Shown here piece after piece: positions 26,838 to 34,281 of a stretch of DNA of 64,000 bases. Under the pieces are notes generated by a model. It ran no database searches and was not told the origin of the DNA. It worked only from the letters and a program-made list of their open reading frames with translations. Every line of letters begins with the position of its first letter. Position 1 is the first letter of the stretch. This DNA comes from an uncultured Gammaproteobacteria bacterium (GTDB lineage Bacteria > Pseudomonadota > Gammaproteobacteria > SZUA-140): assembly GCA_945787155.1 (NCBI GenBank), contig CALZHD010000001.1, forward strand, positions 16,817 through 80,816. The letters are read 5' to 3'. The position numbers were made by a program, and so were the translations under genes.

Positions 26838-27728
26838 CTATAGATGTTGTTGCAGCAGGTTGGCCTTGATTTCCATAATGTCGAAGGACTCTACCTTTTC
26901 AAACGCCTTTTCGCGCATGATGTTATCCAGCGTCATCACGACAGTGGCATCTTGTTGCCTGATCACCTTGCCACGAATCACCCGCGCCTCGGCACTCTCG
27001 GGCAGATCAAACGACAGCGTCACCATCGCCCCTTCTCGGTAGCTTGATGAACTATCGGCATCGTTGTAGATAATTCTGGCGGCGCGATCAGAGAAGTCGA
27101 CCATCGTACAACTAAGGGGTTCTTGATGGAGTTTGGCCTGAATCTGGCCGGGGATATCTGTCTTTAATCGAACATGACTGCGTTGTTCAAGCAGATTAAA
27201 CGCTGCGGGGTCGACATCGAGAATCGCCACCTGGTGCCCCACATAATGCCCTTCTTTCAGGATCATCTGTTTTCTGACCGTCATATCAATCACTGGAAGA
27301 CGACCGTCATTCTGCTCGCCCTTCAATGTAATATTATTACCCTTGATAAAGCCGCCATCCTTACCCAACAACTCCTTGCTTGCATAATCAAGCCCCTCTT
27401 CACCACGACTCACCGTCGGCATAATAAAACAGAAGCTCTCTATTTTCTTGAGCAAATCCCCCCTTAGGTAGACCCGCGTCTCACCATCCTCCTGCTGCCA
27501 GCTAATATCATTATTAGAATAAACAAGTTCGTTATTGACCGCATAGGCAATGATCGTGGTGTTGAGCGTCAGCTCCTGTTTGTACTCAGGGTAATAGCTA
27601 AGCTTATTACCAATCGGAAAGTAAGGAATCAACCGGGCCAGGCCATCCCTATCGAGTTCAGGCTTTGACAAGGGTTTTTCATCAGCGGTGGTCCGCTTTT
27701 TGGCAATCTTGTTAAATATTCCCAGCAT
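26838..27728 (-). CDS. YcgR-like PilZ-domain protein (degenerate c-di-GMP motif)
   Basis: 296 aa. RSHVR (RxxxR), then about 22 aa later VDFSDRAA in the position of DxSxGG, matching YcgR topology. Confidence 0.45.
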   Translation of the reverse strand: MLGIFNKIAKKRTTADEKPLSKPELDRDGLARLIPYFPIGNKLSYYPEYKQELTLNTTIIAYAVNNELVYSNNDISWQQEDGETRVYLRGDLLKKIESFCFIMPTVSRGEEGLDYASKELLGKDGGFIKGNNITLKGEQNDGRLPVIDMTVRKQMILKEGHYVGHQVAILDVDPAAFNLLEQRSHVRLKTDIPGQIQAKLHQEPLSCTMVDFSDRAARIIYNDADSSSSYREGAMVTLSFDLPESAEARVIRGKVIRQQDATVVMTLDNIMREKAFEKVESFDIMEIKANLLQQHL

Positions 27729-27865
27729 GGCAACGACTCTTCATTATTTAGGTATTTAGATAAAACTAACCGAGCGATTATTCTAACCCAATAGCGAGGA
27801 TAATCATATTGTGATATCGCATGCTAACTGTATGATTTAATTGTTTTACCTACTTAACCCGATAC

Positions 27866-29119
27866 CTAAATTGTCTGCCGAATACCCTCTGGCTGCCATG
27901 CGGGCGCAATCACATTGGGCATACGGGAACGCTTCATTAACCGCATCGGGGTCAATGTAAACTCACCATAACGGTCATTAACCTGATCCATCACCACATT
28001 GACCTCTCGGTGATGAGTCTCAATCTGCGATGAGAACAGTTCAATCTGGTGATTGGCGATACGCGGATTAAGCGCTGTAATCTGTACCTGATACACCCCT
28101 TCGTCATGCCAGTGGGTATTCAACATTTCGCGGCAGAGTTTCATAATCTCATGACCATCGCTAACGGCTATCTCCGACTGATACTTGCCACCAATCCAGC
28201 CAGACTTTGCACGCAAGCCAATGAAGAAACGTCCAGCCTGCATCTCATGGCGACGCAAGCGCGTCGCCAGCTTTTCACTCATGTGTAACAGGTAGGTCTC
28301 GATCACATCAATATCCGTGGTATTAGGCGGCATCACCTTGCCGTGGCCCATCGATTTAGGCGGCCGCAGATCAACACTCACCTTACTTGGGTCTTCACCC
28401 TGACACATATGCCAGATACGTCGTCCAAGATTGCCAAAACGACGCGCCAAAACGCTGATCGGTATCTGCTTCATCTCGCCACATTTACGCACACCGTATT
28501 GCGCGAGAAAATCGCCAATGCCTTTGGCGATACCACACAACTCAGTAACTGGCACATCTTGCAAACGCTGTTCCGCCTCCCACGGCGGGATGACAGTCAG
28601 GCCGTCTGGTTTTTCAAGTTTCGCAGCAAACTTGGCGGTCGTCTTGTCGCCACTGACACCTATCGAACAACGAATCCCCGAGGCCTCAAACACCTTATCC
28701 CTCACCATTCGCGCGATGCGTAACGGTGTACCGTGCAATTTTTGACAACGGGTAACATCAAGAAAGGCCTCATCGACCGAAAACACTTCGACATCGGGGG
28801 TAATATCGTGCAATGCACGCATGATATCTTGCGACACCCGCGCATAACGTTTGGGATCTGCCGGGCACTGAATCAAGTCAGGACAAAGACCTCTTGCCTC
28901 GCGCAGGCGCATCCCCGTACGCACACCGTAGGCACGTGCCTCATAAGAACAGGTAATGATACAAGTGCCCTGCTTGCCATTGGTAACCGCCACCGGCTTA
29001 CCTTGCCACTGCGGACGATCACGCTGTTCGATTGATGCAAAAAAGGCGTTCATATCGACCAGAATAATGGCACGCGGCCAAACCACTGGACTGCGATCTA
29101 TCACTTTATATTTATCCAT
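27866..29119 (-). CDS. Y-family (UmuC/DinB-like) error-prone DNA polymerase
   Basis: LVDMNAFFASIEQ and SVDEAFLDVT catalytic acidic motifs; GKPVAVTNGKQGTCII resembles the UmuC N-terminus. Immediately downstream of lexA, likely co-transcribed. Confidence 0.8.
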   Translation of the reverse strand: MDKYKVIDRSPVVWPRAIILVDMNAFFASIEQRDRPQWQGKPVAVTNGKQGTCIITCSYEARAYGVRTGMRLREARGLCPDLIQCPADPKRYARVSQDIMRALHDITPDVEVFSVDEAFLDVTRCQKLHGTPLRIARMVRDKVFEASGIRCSIGVSGDKTTAKFAAKLEKPDGLTVIPPWEAEQRLQDVPVTELCGIAKGIGDFLAQYGVRKCGEMKQIPISVLARRFGNLGRRIWHMCQGEDPSKVSVDLRPPKSMGHGKVMPPNTTDIDVIETYLLHMSEKLATRLRRHEMQAGRFFIGLRAKSGWIGGKYQSEIAVSDGHEIMKLCREMLNTHWHDEGVYQVQITALNPRIANHQIELFSSQIETHHREVNVVMDQVNDRYGEFTLTPMRLMKRSRMPNVIAPAWQPEGIRQTI

Positions 29120-29193
29120 ACTGTCACTCTCTCATTTTTTGTCATGACATCTATTCCTTTTCCCTTGTATCTTTTCCCTTTTCCCTGCTTATT

Positions 29194-29793
29194 TCATACA
29201 TAGCTACGCATTTGCCCAACCAGCACCCCCTGAATACGCACCCGCTGCGCGGCATAAACAAAGGGCTGCATGGCGCTATTTTCTGGAATCAACTTAATGC
29301 GTCCATCATTCATATATTTCAGCCGCTTCAGTGTCGCTTCCTCGCCATCGATCAACGCCACCACGATCTCGCCACTGTTAGCCTGCTGACAATGGCGGAT
29401 CACCACCATATCGCCATCGAGGATACCTACGTCGATCATCGAATCTCCCACCACCTTAAGGATGAAACGGCCCGGGCCCATAAAGAAGTCCATCAGGTTA
29501 AGCTTGTCGTGCCCGGGGATCGCCTCGATGGGCAGACCTGCGGCAATCTTGCCAAGCAGTGGCAGGCTAGCGCTCGCCTCGTCTTCATCCTCGACCAGCT
29601 GCAAGCCGCGCCAGCCCGCGTGGTTACGCACGAGATGCCCTTTGTCGATCAGCCCCTGTACATAACGGTGAATCGTTCCCTTTGATGAAACACCCACCGC
29701 TTCGCCGATCTCGACCAACGTCGGTGCACCCTCATACTGTTCAATATGCTGTCGGATGGCTTCAAGAATGCGTTGTTCAAGTTCAGTCAACAT
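29194..29793 (-). CDS. lexA: LexA-family SOS repressor (wHTH + S24 peptidase)
   Basis: N-terminal winged HTH (TLVEIGEAVGVSSKGTIHRYVQGLIDKG), cleavage site region (AAG), and S24 Ser/Lys dyad (GDSM...K). Start taken at the MLTELEQ Met; the ORF track gives 29835. Confidence 0.8.
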   Translation of the reverse strand: MLTELEQRILEAIRQHIEQYEGAPTLVEIGEAVGVSSKGTIHRYVQGLIDKGHLVRNHAGWRGLQLVEDEDEASASLPLLGKIAAGLPIEAIPGHDKLNLMDFFMGPGRFILKVVGDSMIDVGILDGDMVVIRHCQQANSGEIVVALIDGEEATLKRLKYMNDGRIKLIPENSAMQPFVYAAQRVRIQGVLVGQMRSYV

Positions 29794-29838
29794 AGCTATT
29801 GCTCCAGCGCTAATTAATCTGTCTGGAGATAGCATAGA

Positions 29839-29853
29839 GAACTTTTAGAGAAC
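29839..29853 (-). promoter_or_regulatory. GTTC-N7-GTTC direct repeat (alphaproteobacterial-type LexA-box-like) upstream of lexA
   Basis: + strand gaacttttagagaac reads GTTCtctaaaaGTTC on the gene strand, about 46-60 nt upstream of the MLTELEQ start. No CTGT-N8-ACAG seen in this intergenic region. Confidence 0.35.
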
Positions 29854-29875
29854 TTTCAAGTAGCGCAAAAAATTA

Positions 29876-29911
29876 TTGACCTCAAAGATCAAAAGATGTC
29901 AATTCTTTGAC
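29876..29911. promoter_or_regulatory. Operator/promoter-like palindromes in the lexA / cytochrome c divergent region
   Basis: TTGA-N9-TCAA (29876..29892) and perfect GTCAA-ttc-TTGAC (29898..29910). TTGACC occurs twice 30 bp apart, and a TAATAA -10-like hexamer follows the second. Confidence 0.3.
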
Positions 29912-30027
29912 CTTGTGCACTGATTAATAAGTGATTATTCTTGTGGCCTTGTTTTTTTGGACTGTTGTTTTTAACTGAAAACTCCTGATACATAACGACT
30001 ATAACGCTAACTAAAAAGGATTTTTCG

Positions 30028-31932
30028 ATGAAACCGATCTACATCATCGCCGCGGCTGTGATTACGAGCACTCTCGCCAGCTGCACCTACACCTCTCAGG
30101 GAGTAGTTGTCAGCAAAGACCGCTACGCCGAGGCATTACAAAAAGATCACTTTGGCGACTCCGCCGAGAAGACTGTCTACCTCGATCAGAACTGGGATCG
30201 CTGGGACAGCCTGTGGTTTTACAACACCACCCAGGGCTCCAACTTTCTCCCCTACGACATCTTTGTTAATCTGGAACAGAAGGATGGTCAGGTGCTGTTT
30301 AAAGATAGCGGAAACATGAGCAAGTATCGTTATCTGACGCAACGTGACAGTTGGGACAATCCTGATGGCCTGCCGGTCGGCTTTGTAAAAGACTCCTATC
30401 AGGGCAACGACTACATCGGCTTCACCTGCGCCGCCTGCCACACCGGCCAGATCAACTACAAAGGGACGGGGATCCGTATCGACGGCGGCCCTGCACTGGC
30501 CGATATGGACGGCATGCTACTGGCCCTTGAAGCGGCACTGCTCGCCACGCAGAATGATGAAGAGAAATTCCAACGCATGGCGACACGCGTCTCCAACGAT
30601 CATGAAGTAGTGCGTCAAGACCTGATCGCAACCACTGAGCGACTAGCACTCTACAACAAGGTCAATCGCCCAACTAACGGTAGCCATACTGTAAACTACG
30701 GCTATGGCCGCCTCGACGCCTTTGGCCGCATCTACAACCGCGTACTGGGCCATTTAACTCCGGGCGATGAAATCAACAACTTTAACCCACCCAACGCACC
30801 GGTTAGCTACCCTTACCTGTGGGACACGCCACAACACGACTTTGTACAATGGAATGGCGTTGCCGACAACAACGATGGCTCTCTGGCTGGATTTCTTGGG
30901 CCATTGGGGCGCAACACTGGCGAAGTGCTCGGCGTATTTGCCACCTTCAGCCTCGAAAAACAGAAAAAACACCTGGGGTATAAGGCCTCCGCCGACAAAC
31001 GCAATCTGGTGCGCCTTGAAAAACACCTGGTTGAGCTGGAATCACCGCTATGGCCGGAAGATATTTTGCCCAAGATCGATCGCCAACTGGCACATGAAGG
31101 CGAAGCGGTATACAAGGCCTATAAGTGTCAACTGTGTCACAGCGATGATGATGAGTTCATTCGCAACAACCCCAAACGTCTTGTCACCGCACAGTTTGCC
31201 AGCGTCGATATCATCGGTACCGATAAACAGATGGCAAGTAATGCGATCGAATATAAAGGCAAGACAGGCCTCTTTAACGGTGAAATTATCGGCCTGGACC
31301 CAAGAGAGAAGTTCGGCGAAGAGACCCCGGTAGTGACGGCACTGACAAAAGCGGCGCAAGGGGTGATCATTGCGCGCGATCCCGACAAGTCATGGCTGCG
31401 CGGACGCGCCGAGTGGCTTTACGACATCGTCATTGCACTGTTCGACAACCCGGTTAAAAAGTCTGAACGACATGTCGACTTTGAAATCAATGATGCGTTT
31501 CCCAGCAGCCTCAACGCCTATAAAGCACGGCCACTCAATGGCATCTGGGCCACCGCCCCATATCTGCATAACGGCTCAGTACCCAGTCTCTACGAGATGC
31601 TGCTACCGAGCTGTAGCGATGCAGAGATCGCGGCCGGCAATCCGTGCCGTCCCAACCGCTTCACTGTGGCCAGCCGCGAGATGGACCCAAAGAAGGTTGG
31701 CCTTGAGCAACGTGATATCAGCGAATACCCCTCCATATTTGAATTCGACACATCGCTACCGGGCAATAGCAATGCTGGGCACGAATATGCGGTAGGCAAG
31801 ACAGTGGTCATTAAAGTAGACGCCGATGGACGTGCGATTCGCAACGCCGACGGTTCATTTGCAACGGAGACCCTGCCTCCTATTAACGATGAACAACGTT
31901 GGGCGCTAGTGGAGTATTTGAAGACACTATAA
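30028..31932 (+). CDS. Di-haem cytochrome c peroxidase-family (CCP/MauG-like, DUF1111-like) lipoprotein
   Basis: Lipoprotein signal (LASC), two CxxCH haem motifs (CAACH, CQLCH) and the CCP/MauG signature APYLHNGSVPSL near the C-terminus. At 634 aa it is longer than classical CCP. Confidence 0.6.
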   Translation: MKPIYIIAAAVITSTLASCTYTSQGVVVSKDRYAEALQKDHFGDSAEKTVYLDQNWDRWDSLWFYNTTQGSNFLPYDIFVNLEQKDGQVLFKDSGNMSKYRYLTQRDSWDNPDGLPVGFVKDSYQGNDYIGFTCAACHTGQINYKGTGIRIDGGPALADMDGMLLALEAALLATQNDEEKFQRMATRVSNDHEVVRQDLIATTERLALYNKVNRPTNGSHTVNYGYGRLDAFGRIYNRVLGHLTPGDEINNFNPPNAPVSYPYLWDTPQHDFVQWNGVADNNDGSLAGFLGPLGRNTGEVLGVFATFSLEKQKKHLGYKASADKRNLVRLEKHLVELESPLWPEDILPKIDRQLAHEGEAVYKAYKCQLCHSDDDEFIRNNPKRLVTAQFASVDIIGTDKQMASNAIEYKGKTGLFNGEIIGLDPREKFGEETPVVTALTKAAQGVIIARDPDKSWLRGRAEWLYDIVIALFDNPVKKSERHVDFEINDAFPSSLNAYKARPLNGIWATAPYLHNGSVPSLYEMLLPSCSDAEIAAGNPCRPNRFTVASREMDPKKVGLEQRDISEYPSIFEFDTSLPGNSNAGHEYAVGKTVVIKVDADGRAIRNADGSFATETLPPINDEQRWALVEYLKTL

Positions 31933-31954
31933 ACATTAGCAACAAAGCGGTAAC

Positions 31955-31988
31955 AAAAAAGGCTTTGTGGAAACACAAGGCCTTTTCA
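31955..31988. terminator. Putative bidirectional intrinsic terminator between convergent cytochrome c and P450 genes
   Basis: Imperfect inverted repeat AAAAGGCTTTGTG-gaaa-CACAAGGCCTTTT flanked by A-run and T-run. Confidence 0.45.
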
Positions 31989-32022
31989 TTAACTGCATAC
32001 CACGCGTATTGGAAATACGCTA

Positions 32023-33327
32023 TTACGATCGCCATTTAAGTAAATAGTGCTCTGGCACCGCGCCACCGTTTTTATCGATCGGCCCCAACGCCTGAATCTC
32101 AGGACGTAATAACACTTGCTTCACCATCTCCGGAATCATCACTCTGCCGACCTCTTTCCCCATGCATTCATGAGAACCAAAACCAAAATGGAAGCTGTTG
32201 CCATAGGGGCGCGCTGGATTAAAGGTTTCAGGATCATCAAAGGCGGCGGGATCGAACATCGCCGACAGCATCAACGGCATAATGGTTGTGCCTTTAGTAA
32301 TTAAGGTCTCACGCTCCGTTCCACTTGCAACGGTGTAGTCTTCGGCAGCAGTACGGAACATATATTTAAAGGCTGGGTTGAAACGCAGTGCCTCCCACAC
32401 AATCGGATCGAAGGCCTCATTGTTCCCCTCCTTCGCGGCCGCCACTGCCAATGACAATATTTCAGGGCGATCCAGTATACCCTGCACCGCCTGACTCACC
32501 GCCATCGATGTTGTCTCCACCGCACCAATCAACAGACCACCGACATTGATCCCCTGGCGAAAAACATTGAAATTAGACTCTTTGGGATAATCCGCCTGCA
32601 AAATTCGATAGACCACGTCGTCCTTCGATTTCCCCAGCTTATTCATAATCCATTTGCGTACGATTAACAGACCAACATAGAAACCGAGCCAGCGATTAGC
32701 ACTTTCTCGTTTTTTGATAATCTCATCAGGATTCGGTTCATCGTGGAAAAACTGATTATGAAATGAGTCGTACTGATTCCAGTAGGACCACTTAATCAAA
32801 TGCTTTGGATTGATGCCATCGAGACCAAAATGCGTCTGCACCATCGCCGTCGGTACACTGCGCGCATAGTCTGGCACCAGGTCAATCGCACCGTTCGCGC
32901 TATCCAGCGTCTCTTTTGCTTTAGCCGCGATGAACTCACGGATGCGCGGCAAGTCCTCGCGTTTGAGCAGTGACAACATGATCGCCTTCTCGTTATTGTG
33001 CATCGGCGTATCATCTTCCGCCATCAGATAGTCACCCATCTTGGGCTTGTAAAGTGCAACCGTAAAAGTGCGCGGAATACTAACCACTTCGTTAAAGTCA
33101 TCAAAACGGGCAATCAAGGTACAGACCGGCGTCTTCAGTATCGGACGCTGCTCACGCAGTTCCTTGAAAAAAGCGATCGGATAATCATTAATCCAGCGAC
33201 GCACCAGCGGCCACTGCTCCGCCTCTGGTGTACGATCAAAACGCTCAAGAAAACGGCCTGCTTGCGCAGCTTCGTCGCCAACATCATTATGGATCTTTTC
33301 TGCAAGTGCTTCTTCTATTGCATTCAT
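32023..33327 (-). CDS. Cytochrome P450
   Basis: 434 aa with the haem-thiolate signature FGFGSHECMGKEVG. Confidence 0.85.
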   Translation of the reverse strand: MNAIEEALAEKIHNDVGDEAAQAGRFLERFDRTPEAEQWPLVRRWINDYPIAFFKELREQRPILKTPVCTLIARFDDFNEVVSIPRTFTVALYKPKMGDYLMAEDDTPMHNNEKAIMLSLLKREDLPRIREFIAAKAKETLDSANGAIDLVPDYARSVPTAMVQTHFGLDGINPKHLIKWSYWNQYDSFHNQFFHDEPNPDEIIKKRESANRWLGFYVGLLIVRKWIMNKLGKSKDDVVYRILQADYPKESNFNVFRQGINVGGLLIGAVETTSMAVSQAVQGILDRPEILSLAVAAAKEGNNEAFDPIVWEALRFNPAFKYMFRTAAEDYTVASGTERETLITKGTTIMPLMLSAMFDPAAFDDPETFNPARPYGNSFHFGFGSHECMGKEVGRVMIPEMVKQVLLRPEIQALGPIDKNGGAVPEHYLLKWRS

Positions 33328-33444
33328 GGCCGCCCCCTTAAGATTATCTGAATCTAATGATACCGACGACTATTCATAATAGTCGCGCGAGTGACAGGCA
33401 ACAAAATCCCACCTATCATACCGTTTATTCAAGTGTAGTGTCGT

Positions 33445-33462
33445 GAGATTATCTTTAATCTC
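33445..33462. promoter_or_regulatory. Perfect inverted repeat GAGATTA-tctt-TAATCTC upstream of the P450 gene
   Basis: About 118 nt upstream of the P450 start, in the divergent P450 / small-ORF region. Confidence 0.3.
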
Positions 33463-33592
33463 ATCGACATTGTCCATGCCAACAGATCGTTGACATATGA
33501 TGCTCAAATCAGGTTCGCCGTGCCTCATTTTAACTGCCTACTTTACGTATAGTGAAAAGCAAGATGCACAATGAATTAATTCAGAGGCAAAC

Positions 33593-33808
33593 ATGAGTGG
33601 ATTGCAGGGATTATTGGATGAGATACGCGAGCTTGAAATGCGTGTACCACAGAGATCAACCGCGAGGACGAGGCACTTGATTATACAATCAAACGGGGAC
33701 ATGCTCACTTTTGCCCATTCCCGTTATCATAAATTTACAGCCTATGGGGATGCTGAGCATTGCCAAAAACGACTGGAGGAACTACGCAAGGCCTTCAAAG
33801 ATAAATAG
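33593..33808 (+). CDS. Hypothetical small protein (71 aa)
   Basis: ORF with AGAGG Shine-Dalgarno sequence 5 nt upstream; no recognisable domain. Confidence 0.3.
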   Translation: MSGLQGLLDEIRELEMRVPQRSTARTRHLIIQSNGDMLTFAHSRYHKFTAYGDAEHCQKRLEELRKAFKDK

Positions 33809-33896
33809 CTAAACGACCCTGCCCTGAAAAAAATCTAAACTAATTTGACTCTATGCCGCCAATACCAGAAAGCATGGATAGGGGGACAGATTTTTA

Positions 33897-34102
33897 TGGC
33901 ATCCAGCAAAAACACCAGCGCCAAATCTGGTCAAGGCACCCAATGTGGCCAATGCATCCATTGGAAAGTCACCAGAAACCCACTCGGGGCATGCAGCGTC
34001 AGCCCAGAATATCAAACCACAATAGGCCGTTATGCTAAAGCATGTGGTGTCTTTGAAGAAGAAACAATAAAAAGACCGCCACCACGAAGGAATACCCACT
34101 GA
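33897..34102 (+). CDS. Hypothetical small Cys-containing protein (68 aa, CxxC...C...C)
   Basis: Strong SD (AGGGGGA) 9 nt upstream of ATG at 33897. Preferred over the longer upstream start and over the antisense ORF 33851..34099. Confidence 0.3.
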
Positions 34103-34281
34103 TCTATTACAAGCACTGATCCTGCTTCAATTTGGCACAAGCCCAGTACGATTCGCCATGTTGTGACGATAGTACATGCCTCATGGAATTCTTATCTTAA
34201 TTAACCCGCTAATCCTGTTTCGAGATCACGCTTGAACTAACAGCTCCAACCATCTCAATAACCATCAAAAAAGCACGGCGG

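Noticed and set aside
26838-27728. zipA, expected upstream of ligA by synteny with E. coli and Pseudomonas
   Set aside because: The encoded protein has no N-terminal membrane anchor or Pro/Gln-rich linker and instead resembles YcgR/PilZ. It is not ZipA.
29794-30027. Expected gammaproteobacterial LexA box CTGT-N8-ACAG upstream of lexA
   Set aside because: Not present on either strand. Only GTTC-N7-GTTC and unrelated palindromes were seen, so I do not annotate a canonical SOS box.
33851-34099. 82-aa minus-strand ORF overlapping the small Cys-containing + ORF
   Set aside because: No Shine-Dalgarno sequence, and the Trp/Phe/Cys-rich translation has no features. The + strand ORF has a strong SD, so the minus ORF is treated as an overlap artefact, at low confidence.
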